Assembly (NCBI RefSeq): GCF_030028105.1
Contig: NC_092371.1
Location: forward strand, 16,061,764 to 16,125,763
Direction of reading: 5' to 3'
Source: Mobula birostris
Lineage: Eukaryota
DNA length: 64,000 bases
In this document: positions 13,355-24,710 of the stretch, piece by piece
Layout: every line of letters starts with the position of its first letter
Position numbering within the stretch: the first letter of the stretch is position 1
Program-made: the position numbers and the translations under genes
The notes under the pieces: model-generated
What the model was told of the DNA's origin: nothing
Databases searched by the model: none
The model's input: only the letters and a program-made list of their open reading frames with translations

Positions 13355-13985
13355 GCCAACATAAGTTGTTCGGGATAGTGTGGAGGGCTGTCAGAGGTTA
13401 CAGCAGAATATCGATAGGATGCAAAACTGGGCTGAGAAGTTGTAGATGGGAGTCCAACCGAGGTAAGTGTGAGATGGTTCATTTTAATAGGTCAAATATG
13501 ATATCAGATTATACTGTAGTATTAATGATGAGACTCCTGGCAGTGTGGAGGATCAGAGGGATCTTGGTGTCTGAGTCCATACGACAGTCAAAACTGCGGC
13601 GCAGGTTAACTGTGTCGTTCAGAAGGCATACGGTGTATAGGTCTTTATCAACCGTGGGATTGAGTTCAAGAGACGAGAGGTAATATTACAGCTATCTCGG
13701 ATACTGTTCAGAACCCACTTGGAGTACTGTGCTCAGTTCCGTCACCTCACTACAGGAAGGTTGTGGAAACTATAGAAAGAGTGCAGAGGAGATTTATAAG
13801 GATGTTGCCTGGATTGGGGAGCATGCCTAATGAGAATAGGCTGAGTGAACTTAGACTATTCTCCTGGAGCGACGGAGGATTAAAGGACACCTGATAGATG
13901 TGTATAAGATGATGAGAGGCATTGATCGTGTGGATACTCAGAGGCTTTTCTCCAGGGCTGAAATTGGTAACACGAGATGGCACGG
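13355..13985 (+). mobile_element. Degenerate CR1 3' fragment at the breakpoint of duplicon 1
   Basis: Same RT 3' motifs as the other + strand CR1 copies (MYKMMRGIDRVDTQRLFSRAE). Confidence 0.85.
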
Positions 13986-14779
13986 TTTGAACTTTTACTC
14001 CCAGACTCTTTCCAATATGTCTGTTGATGGACTTCCCTTCAGCCACGATGAGGCCATCCTGATGTGTAGAAGAAACACGTCGTTTTCTGCTGAGGTAGCC
14101 TGCAACCTGATGGCTTGAAGATCAATTTCTCCTTCGAGTAATGTTGTTTATTTTTTCTTTTCCTCTCCTCCTTTCTTCGTCTGAAATTCCCACGGTTACC
14201 TCTTATACTCATGGGCCTATCAACTCCACCCTGGCACCCCTTCTTCTTTTTGTTCTTCTTCTTTTTGTTGTTGTTGTTCTTCTTCTTCTCTTTCTCCTAT
14301 GGCCCTCTCTCCTCTCCTATGAAATTCAGTCTTCTCATATCCTTTATCACCAATCTGGTTTTGCCTAACACATATTAAACACGATCCTGCCAATTAAAGA
14401 AACTTTAAGAACATTCTGACGCGTTCCCCTTCCTTTCCAATCCCGTTCGTCCCTGAGCGACGATTTTTATCCATTTCCAGAGATATCACTGACCTGCTGA
14501 GATCCACCGGCATTTTGAATGTGCTGATGTGGATTTTTTACATTTGAAGTATCTCTTTATTTTCTGATCTGCTACTGCACTGCGAGTCTCTGAAGTATAC
14601 ATACACGCCCCTTCTCTCTCTCTCTCTCAACTCATGCCCTCTGATCTCTGCTGCCCTCCGACGTTTCGACCATGACCTCACCCATCCTCACTACCAAGTG
14701 AATGTATCCATTCTGTCAACTTGTCTTCGCCGCCATCTTGTCCCACGTCTTCCAACATAACTACCCAGGGACGAGGTAC

Positions 14780-16110
14780 CAAAAGATGAGTGTGTGGCTG
14801 AAACTTTGGCTTTTTAAAAGTGCTGCAGGAAAGAGCCAGAGAAAGAAAAGCCTGCGACCTTCAGTCCAGTAAAGACAAGCTATTGTAGGATTTGCTAAGG
14901 GTCCGTCACCCTTTAGAAAGGCAAGGAGTGATTAAGGATAGTCATTATGGCTTTGTGCGTGGGAAATTGTGACAGGGGAAACGAATTTTGAAGAGATGAC
15001 GAACAACATGTTGAATATGGTAAGAATAGGACCAGAATTAGTCAATTTGACCCTTCGAGCCTGCTACGACATTTCATCATGACTGGTCGATTTTCCCTCT
15101 CAGCCCCAGTGTCCTGCCTTCTCCTCGTATTCCTTCATGCCCTGAATAATCAAGAACTTGTCAACTTCTGCCTTAAATATACCCAATGACATGGCCTCTC
15201 GCTGAAGAAATTCCTCCTCCGCTCCGTTCTGAAAGGACGACCCTTTATAAATAGGGTGTGTTCTCTGGTCTTAGACTCACACACATAGTGAACATCCTCT
15301 CCACATCCACTCTATCGAGACTTTTTAACTGTCGATACGGTTCAATGAGGTCACCCCCCTCATTCTTCTAATTTCCAGTGAGTTCAGGCCCAGAGCCATC
15401 AAACGCTCTTTGTAAGAGAAACCTTTCAATCCCGGAATAATTTTCGCGATGCCCCTAAGTTCCCTCTCCAATGTCACCCACTCTTTCTTAGATAAGTGGC
15501 CCAAAACTGCTCACAGTACTCCAAGTGAGGCTTTACCAGTGCTTTATCGAGCCTCAATATTACATGCTTGCTGTTATGTTCTAGCCCTCCTGAGATGAAT
15601 ACAAACATCACAGTTACCTTCCTCACCAGCGACTCGACCTGCAAATTACCATTTTGGAAATCCTGCACAAGGACTCCCAATTCGCTTTGTACCGCAGATT
15701 CTGGAATTTTCTGTACATTTAGAAACTAGTCTACCCTTTTATTTCTTCTACCAAAGTGCATGATATTGTATTCCATTTGCTACTCCTTTACCTAGTCCTC
15801 TAATCTGTCTAAGTCAATCTGTATCCTCTATACTTCCTCAAAACTACCTGTTCCTCCACGTGTCTTTTGAGAAACCGGCCACAAAGCCATCAATTACTTC
15901 ATCCAAATCATTGACATATAACGTAAAAAGAATCCGTCCCAATCGACAGCTTGTGGAACACCACTGGTCACTATCCGCGGACCAGAGAAGGCTCACTTTA
16001 TTCTTCTTTTTGCCTCCTTTCAATCAGCCAGTACTTTGTCCATGCTAGAATCTTTCTTACAACACCATTGGCTGTTAACTTGTTAAGCAGCCTCATTGTC
16101 ATGGTCCCTT
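14780..16110. mobile_element. Degenerate CR1 fragments (short + piece, then - strand 3' half from ~15030)
   Basis: Minus ORF 15474-15680 (LDKALVKPHLEYCEQFW) and a recognisable CR1 3' UTR. Confidence 0.7.
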
Positions 16111-16239
16111 CTGGCAATCCCCCACGTTGCTATTTACCACAGAAATTGGGCCTCAATCCCCTCGTTTAATTTCCAATCATTCCCAGGTTCCACTAACTAC
16201 ACAACCTGCTTCCCATCAGAAAATGCAGGATAAAGACCC

Positions 16240-18330
16240 TGTGATCACAACAGGGAGAAGCCAGTTCACTGGTCGACTCCGACGTGAGTAACCTCGTTTC
16301 ATGGTTCTTAGGACTGTCAGTTCTAAGTCTATCATCGCTCCAGGATTTTCTCCCAACCCAGGACTCCGGGTAAGTACTCCCCTGGATACCGATTCCACGC
16401 TCCCTACGTCAACAACCCCTCCCGACTCTGCCGCCGCGCCCGGGTTCTCCACTTGGGTTCGTCCACCGCCACGCTCGTCTAACAGAACGAACTGGCCATA
16501 ATGAACCCAGCGGACACGGATCCCGCACACAGGCCCTCGCCAGCCAGGGCTACCTACTGGGCGCCCACGACCAACTACTTCGGCAGGTCAAGGAAAACCT
16601 TCGGACGCTATCCACGAATGTACGGAAGATCAGTGAGCAGGTGGACCGAGTTTGCACTTCCCTTTCTCCGTCCACTCCAAGAATCCCGACTACCTAAACC
16701 TCACCGCTCGGGATGGCGTCGCCCCTGGGATCAGCAACACAGTCCCCTCGAGAGCCGTACGTACCCGAGCCCAAACCCTACGCTGGGGACCGAGGGAGGT
16801 GCCGGGCCTTCCTGTTACAATACTCTCTGGTCTTTGAACTACAGCCACGTACCTGCACTTCAGATAAATCCAAGATTGCGTACATCATGGGGCTGTTACG
16901 AGGGGATGCTTGGCTTGGGCAACCGCGGTATGGGATAACTGACCAGAGGATTGTTCCTCCTTCCCCTCCTTTGTTACTGAAATGAGGAAGGTCTTCGAAC
17001 AACCCATTCGCGATAAGTACGCCGCTAAGCGCTTGCTGACTCTTTGCCAGGGTTCGCGAAGCGTAGCAAGGCATTCCATCGGGTTCCGAACCTTAGCTGC
17101 AGACTCAAGGTAGAATGACGAGGCCCTACGGGAGGTGTTTCGATAGGCCTCTCGGACAAGATAAAGGATCAACTGGCAGCGAGGGACGGCACGGACTGTC
17201 TGGACTCTCTGGACTCTCTGATCTCGCTAGCCACTAGATTAGATAATCGACTTCAAGAGCAACAGAGAGAAAGAACCAGTCGCCCCGCTCCTCGGGGAAG
17301 CCCAGAATCCACCTTATCAGTCTCAGCCAGCCTCCCTTCCCCAGCCCCTCCAAGTGCAACTCCTGCTCCGACCGTCCCCACTATCCTGGGGGAGGAACCG
17401 ATGCAGCTGGGACGGAACCGGTTCTCTCCGGCCGAACTACTTCGGAGGAGGAGAGCTGGGGATTGTTTCTATTGTGGCCAGCCAGGACATTTCCGGGATA
17501 CTTGCCCTCAGCGGCCTAAAGGGAGGGATTAATAGTGAAAAAGGGGGCCCTGGTGAGCCGGGCGATACTCCCTTCAGCACCCCCGCCAGACTCAGATGCA
17601 GATCCCAGCTACCGTGAATTACCAACGACTGTCTCTGTCCCTATCCGCTTTGGTGGATTCCGGTGCCGAGGACAATATGCTGGACGAAGACATAGCCTCC
17701 CAGGGTGGAATACCTCGCGAGCCGCTAACTAACTCCTTGGATGCCCGGGCCCTGGACGGAAAACTGCTGGCTCGGGTGACCCACTGTACACAGCCCCTGA
17801 CCTTGATCCTATCAGGCAATCATCGGGAGGAGGTACGATTCAGTCTCATTTGTTCACCTCAAGCCCCGATAGTTCTAAGGTATCCATGGCTAACCCCACA
17901 TAATCCCCACAACGACTGGTCTACCGGGAGGGTAGCCAAATGGAGCCAGTCTTGCCGCGCCAACTGTCTGCGGTCAGCCCCATCTCCTAGGGAAGCTACC
18001 GCGACCCCGCCTGTCCCGGAACTCCTCGATTTGTCCCGAGTCCACACAGAATACCATGACCTGGGACCGGTATTTCAGTAAACAACGGGCCCTTTCCCTG
18101 CCTCCGCATATGAATGTGTAATCGACCTTCTCCCCGGGGCCTCGCTACCCACCAGTCGCCTTTTTAACCTATCCCGACCAGACAGAGAGGCCAAGTACAT
18201 TAGTGAGTCCCTCGCGGTGGGCATTATCGGACCTTCATCCTCCCCAGTAGGCGCCGGTTCCTTCTCTGTAGAAAAGAACGACGGGTCGCTTCGTCCTTGT
18301 ATTGATTACGGAGGCCTAAACAGTAAACAG
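16240..18330 (+). mobile_element. Ty3/gypsy (sushi/PEG10-like) LTR retrotransposon, decayed: LTR end, gag, CCHC, protease, start of RT
   Basis: LTR-like end CTAACA at 16484 followed by ATG at 16501. Gag motif PEPKPYAGDRGRCRAFLLQ..LVFELQP; zinc knuckle CFYCGQPGHFRDTC (17464-17505); protease ALVDSGAEDN; RT start SSPVGAG...[10 protein letters not shown]. Frameshifts and stops throughout. The 5' LTR boundary is uncertain. Confidence 0.88.
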
Positions 18331-19461
18331 TAACCTCCAGATATCACATACGAGAGAATATCTAAATTGTCTACCATTGATTTGTACATTGTATGTTACA
18401 TTGGGATGATCAAAGGTTAAAAAAATCCAACGAGATCTTCAAAGTTAGATCAGAAGACTGGGACAGGACAGGCAGTTATCTATCTGAATTTCCACAAGTG
18501 AACATGAGGTGGCAGTAGAGCGCAGCCAACGACCTTGGTGGGATGTGACCTGGAAAATAGATTTACAGTAAAAATGAAAGGGAATATTTCGTCAGATACA
18601 AGAACAATTCACTCAGCTACCGAAGATCCTTACACGCGTGCAGTGGAGGGAATTCAGCCCCTTGCGCTTTTAAATAAGTTCCGAAGACTACTTGATTAAT
18701 CAAATGACGTTCACCGAAGGAAGAGGGGCCTATTCATCACCCATTGTAAGGGCATACGAAGTCTTCTTGCCTACAGTCACAAGACTCATTTTATTTGCCC
18801 AAAACTCATACCCACTCACAATCTTCACCACCACGTGAGCATGCTTCAGAACGCAGAAAAGTTTTGTCATGGTATTCGTTGTTATATGGACATTCCAAAA
18901 AGCCCGTTCTGCATCGAAACAAGCGTGCTTCCTTTCCATAAAACTGGCTGAGTTTTATCTCCCGCATCGAATGAAGGTGGTATTAACATTTTTTTTTATT
19001 GCCACAGTCGGCTGTGGATGCTATTGGATATATAATATTTAAATCGGAGGTTCATAGGTTCTTGATTAGAAAAGGCGTCAAAGGTTACGGGATAAAGGCA
19101 GGAGAATGGGGTTGAGAGGGGTAATGATTGATTCTATTATGGTTATTGGATATATTGAGATCCCCTGCAAGAAAACAAATCCAAGGGTTGTATATCGCTC
19201 CATATATCCACTTCGATAATAAATTTACTTTGAATCTTGATGATAGATCAACCATGATGGAATGGTGGAGCAGACTAAATGAGCCGAACGGCCGATTCCG
19301 GCTCCTATATCCTATGGTCTAATACTGTTCGGTCTGAGTAGAAGAGTTACCGTGCTTTATTCTTTCTCCTGTGGTAACTAGTACAAGTGATTGTGATTAA
19401 TGAAATTGTGCATTGTAGTTGATAGCAAAGGCAGTGTTAAAAGGAATAAATCAAATGTATA

Positions 19462-19913
19462 TTCCGTCTGGGTAGCCTCCAACCTGATGGCATGAACATC
19501 GACTTCTCTAACTTCCGCTAAGGCCCCACCTCCCCCTCGTACCCCATCTGTTACTTATTTTTATGCACACATTCTTTCTCTCACTCTTCTTTTTCTCCCT
19601 CTGTCCCTCTGAATATACCCCTTGCCCATCCTCTGGGTCCCCCCCCCCCTTGTCTTTCTTCCCAGACCTCCTGTCCCATGATCCTCTCGTATCCCCTTTT
19701 GCCAATCACCTGTCCAGCTCTTGGCTCTATCCCTCCCCCTCCTGTCTTCTCCTATCATTTTGGGTCTCCCCCTCCCCCTCCAACTTTCAAATCCCTTACT
19801 CACTCTTCCTTCAGTTAGTCCTGACGAAGGGTCTCGGCCTGAAACGTCGACTGTACCTCTTCCTAGAGATGCTGCCTGGCCTGCTGCGTTCACCAGCAAC
19901 TTTGATGTGTGTT
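19462..19913 (+). mobile_element. Penelope-like element 3' fragment / pseudo-LTR
   Basis: Begins with the end of the GIY-YIG ORF (LGSLQPDGMNIDFSNFR*). Near-identical reverse complement of 33171-33620. Confidence 0.85.
19817..19852 (+). ncRNA. Minimal type I hammerhead ribozyme motif in Penelope pseudo-LTR
   Basis: AGTC-CTGACGA-AGG(GTCTCGG)CCT-GAAACGTC^GACT: CUGANGA and GAAA cores, 3-bp stem II, AGUC/GACU stem I, palindromic ACGU in place of stem III. Confidence 0.8.
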
Positions 19914-20875
19914 GGTTAAATGTATTCCCACATGTTCTCCACTCCACCTCCCCACCCCCACCCCTCACCGTCTCCACCGAGTTATTCTTTGCTGGCTCAT
20001 CGACATATTAATTTAACATTAGGTTAGGAAGCAGTGAGGAAGAAAAGTTTAGCCTTTTGAAGAAGGTGAGATTTCAAAAGTGTGGAGTGCCTGTTGCACC
20101 TCCACTGGCCCGAGGTTAGACTGTCTGTGTACTGTACACAGGTCTGCTTTCTGAATGAAATCTTACACTGGCTATGGAGACCGTGTTCTCTGGATGAGAG
20201 GGTTGACCCGTGAGCAGATACTGAGAGGAATGCGCCTCAGTCTTTGCAGCTAAGAAAAATGACAGGCGAATGCTTTGAAAGTCAGGATACTGAATGAACT
20301 AACAGAGTATATACGAGGTGAAACTGAGGACTCTCTGCCTCCCTCTCAGAGATCTCCTCTTAATTAATTACTAACAAAGTTGCAGACGGGGATCGATAGG
20401 TGCTTGGACACTGAGAGATTCCAAGGAAATGAGAATAAGGCCAGACGGTTCTGCAGCGACCCTCAGTCATGAACTTATTGAAAGAGGAGCGCATTCCAGG
20501 AGCGCACCTGTGTTTTGTTCACCGTTTATGTATCCGGGAACTTCATCAGTATATGAAATATCATAGATTGCTTCTTTCTCCTCTGGTAGCTAGTGCAAGT
20601 GTTTGTGATGAAAGAAACGGTGCATTTCAGTAAATAGCAATGGCTGTGTTAAGAAGAATGTTTATATGCATTCCATGTCGTCATGTTCCTGTAAAAGATT
20701 ATAGTGCGCTGCGTTTAGTTTCAAGGAATGAGAGAGACTGCAAGCCGTCAAATCCAATCTGGCTGACCTCCGAAAGTTTCCCTGGGCATGCAACTCAAAC
20801 CGACTGTCCGCTTACCATTATGAATTTATCAGAGTCGTGACTGTCAGGTCCCACTCGTCACTTCCTCTGTTGCAT

Positions 20876-20917
<42 letters not shown>

Positions 20918-21659
20918 TGGTACAGTTATTTGTTGTTTAGAACGTTTGTCGTGTTTCAGCATCGCCAGAATACCTAATATGCCTTTTGGAAAAAAACACT
21001 GTTTGAAAATATGAGCATTTTAGAGATTAAACTTAAGTCGGAGACTTTACCACTAATTGCATTGCCTCAATGGAAAGTACTTCAGTGATTTTAAAATCGC
21101 CATCTGTCTCTTTACCACCCTCCCGGGACCCAGTGACCGCATCACCTGCACCGCTTAACAAACAAGACAGAAACAGCATCAATTTGTGTAACTGCAGCTA
21201 AATAAAGTTTGTGCAAACACCGCCCCGGTCCCCACGGGGATATGACAGAGTCCACATCTGCATCAGTGTCACTCGCAGACACAGGCCGACTGAGTTTGGG
21301 AACCATCGTCAGCGCTGGGTCTGTTTTGGGGCAACAGGCAAATATCCGAGTTCATCACGGAATGATTTAAGATCTCAGATCACAGCTCCCCCAGACTGTG
21401 TTCGCGTCCCCAAACCAACTTCACCCAGACAAAGATATAGAATGGAAGGCGGGGGGGGGGGGGCGACATTCGGCAATCCAACCCGCATAGCACTTCAAAT
21501 AGCCCAGTTTGGTCCCTCAACTACAACTTCCCTTTTCTGCACCTTCTCAATCTCCTGCAATTCCCACTTTGCTGACAAACACACTCGTTATTTTTACTTC
21601 GATATCATTCTGGTCGGAGTATCAGTTATATAGAGAAACCCAGCAAATATCTGCCCTAC

Positions 21660-22185
21660 CCTGTGATCGGTTCTGGTCACCTCACTACAGGAATGATGTG
21701 GAAACTATAGAAAGTGTGCAGAGGAGACTTACAAAGATGTTGCCTGGATTGGGGAACATGCCTTATGAGAATAGGTTGAGTGAAATTGGTCTGATCTCCT
21801 TGGAGCGATGGAGGGTGAGAGGTGACCTGATAGATAAGATGATGAAAGGCAATCATCGTGTGGATAGTCAGAGGCTTTTCCCCAGGGTTGAAATGGCTAA
21901 CACAAGAGGGCACAGTTTTATGGTGCTTCGAAGTAGGTACAGAGGAGATATCAGGGGTAGCTTTTTACGCAGATAGTGGTGAGTGCGTGGAATGGGCTGC
22001 CAGCGACTTTGGTGGAGGCGGACACAATATGGTCTTTTGAGCGACTCCTGGATAGTACATGGAGCATGGAAAAATCGAGGGTTGTGGGTAACCCTAGGTA
22101 ATTTCTAAAGTAAGTACATGTTCGGCACAGCATTGTGAGCCGAAGGAACTGTATTGTGCTGTAGGTTTTCTACGCTTCTATGCTT
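21660..22185 (+). mobile_element. CR1 3' fragment specific to duplicon 2
   Basis: FWSPHYRNDVETIESVQRRLTKMLPGL motif and 3' tail. Confidence 0.85.
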
Positions 22186-23626
22186 ATATATATTTTATGA
22201 AATTAGTTGTGGTGTCCAATAGTAACACCCCAATATTATCATATTTCACCGAGGGCACGTCACTGTGGCATTGGGCCGTTTACTCGTAACTGTGGTGCGC
22301 CATACATGCACATTGAAATATATATTTTATTAAATTATTTGTGGTAATAATTTGTTTTATGTGTTGTGTGTGATGTGTGTTTTGTGGGTGCGCAGTGGTT
22401 GGGTAGAACGTTGTTTCACTTGGTTGGGTATACGGCCAGTCAGACGACAATAAACTTGAAATTGAACTTGAGTTTGAAATCAGAAGGAACCAACTTACTT
22501 CAGCTGGAACTGATCCAACATTGACAACGAACCACGTAAGGAAGCACTCGACTAGGCTTGACAGAAACATGGACCGTAAAAAATATGTAAGGAATGAAAG
22601 AGGGCCAGATGGTTAAGGAGGCTGGTTTGATAAACACCGAGCGCGCCGCTTAACATCTCAAATACAAACTTGATTAGTTGAGCAATTAAATGAGGATAAA
22701 ATATCCAAGCTCAGTGGATGCAAAGATCTTCGGCGAGATAGTGGCGGGTTGTGGGGCTAGAGAAGGAGGAACCTCTCGCTCTGGAAAGAATTTGTGATGC
22801 AGACTGGCGACAATAGAAGGAAATATGGCTCCTCTGCTGTAGAAGTATTGTAGAGCTGAAATGTGGTGATGGGGACCTAAATCATGAACAGAGCCGAGCT
22901 GATGCTTTACGCAGGACCCTCGTCCTCGTGTGACAGCAACTGAGTCACAGTGAGATCAGACTGGCCTGTCCAATTATGTTTTAAATATAACTCCTCTCAT
23001 CTGCGATGATAGTGATGTGTATCAGGATATAATCACCATCGCTCAGCCAGCTTTAAATCACATAAAATGGGACAGAAAGTCTTACCTTCACATTTACCAC
23101 TGACATAAAGCAGAGTATTATTGTGGCAATGTAGATAAGAACTGTGTTGCAAACCAGTTTGCTTATTTCCGGAAAATCTCTGACAGATGACCGTTAAGCG
23201 AACCACACATTAGGCCAGGGACTAAATTGCGCCGAAACATTGCAGGAGCGAAGAATCCGCAGAGGTTCTATGCACCACGAGGATGGCAGATTGGCTCTGG
23301 AGTGACAGCAATCTACAGGTTGCCATGGGAAGGAAGGAGAGGACTCGATAATCGTTGATTCCCGTGGAAGTCAGATTTAGCCGTTCGTTATACGGATTCT
23401 GGATATTTGGAGCAGCAAAGCAGAACGTACACGGGGAAAGTAGAAATGCTTTTTTTAATAGAAATATCTGGCACTGAAAAACACCGTCAGCTGACAACAT
23501 TCTGTGCAAATTTCCGTAAGCGATACTGCAGTAGATCCGTCTCGGTCCCGCAGATTTCAAATGTTTACACAGTTAAGCTCAGCTTTTAAGAGCGGGAGTA
23601 GAGAGTGGACAATAGACATTGGGAGA

Positions 23627-23630
<4 letters not shown>

Positions 23631-23672
<42 letters not shown>

Positions 23673-23716
23673 GAGAGAGAGAGGGAGAGAGAGAGAAAGA
23701 GAGAAAGAGAGAGAGA
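23631..23716. repeat. (GA)n microsatellite (homologs at ~11400-11450 and ~46675-46697)
   Basis: Seen directly, at the same position in all three duplicons. Confidence 0.9.
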
Positions 23717-24551
23717 CGGGGTTATCTGGGAGGGAGATACAGCATGACAGTTTCCCTCACTACTAAGGGTGAAATCAATATGTTTATCAATATTGGAGTG
23801 CTGACATGGCATCTCGGACAGTGAAATACAAATTAACAAAAGTTGCTCTACAGTTCTTATTGTCAAATTATATCTCACAAATCTGCTTGATTCCTAAACT
23901 AAAATACACACGGTATCATGTGTAAACCAGAAGATTTGGAGTATGAGCAGATGGTTTTGCTGGGCTTCAATAAATATGTAACTGCAGAAGGAGAATTGTG
24001 GTTTCTCACCGTTAGATTAGGCGATATGATGCAGGAATAGTTTAGGCCAATCGTCCCATCGCGTGTCTTCCGTCATTACATTATTTATTTTCTCAATCAC
24101 ATTCTCCTGCCATTTCCCTGGAAACTTGAACAATCAATAACTTATCAATCTCTACCTTCAATGCAGCCAGGGATTCGGCCTCCATGCCCCTGTATGACTA
24201 CAACATCCTCATATTCACTACCCTCTGGCTGGTTTATGTATATAAATATACATCGATAATGAGTACATATCTAACCGACTTCTCAACCAAATGTCACAAT
24301 TCGAAGTAAGTGTCCGTCCTTGCAGAGCTGAAATGGTCAGAACAAAACATTTGTGCGCAATGTTATTAAAGGACGAAGAAGAGGCGAGTAGCGAATTGTA
24401 CAAATGTATTTAAATACATATTGCGCACAGAAACAATAACGGGTGAGAGCAGATTGAGGAAGATGATTTTAGCAGTGGCGAAGTAAATGAGAAGCGGAAC
24501 TCCGCTAAAGAGAATTTATTGATTGTCAATAAACCGATAAGCAAAGAACAC

Positions 24552-24614
24552 TGAGAGAGAGAGAGAGAGAGATGGGGGGATGAGGGGTAGAGATAGAAAG
24601 AGAAAGAGGAGAGA

Positions 24615-24661
<47 letters not shown>

Positions 24662-24710
24662 GGGGATGAGGGGTAGAGATAGAAAGAGAAAGAGGAGAGA
24701 GAGAGAGACT
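24552..24710. repeat. GA-rich compound repeat with a duplicated ~40-bp core
   Basis: GATGGGGGGATGAGGGGTAGAGATAGAAAGAGAAAGAGGAGAG occurs twice, separated by (GA)n. Confidence 0.85.

Noticed and set aside
16501-18330. Domesticated PEG10/RTL1-like gene
   Set aside because: Multiple frameshifts and stops, a retained LTR end and a truncated RT indicate a decayed retrotransposon.
19561-19977. Near-identical ORFs at 19561-19977 and 33165-33523 as a duplicated gene
   Set aside because: Low-complexity translations of the Penelope pseudo-LTR.
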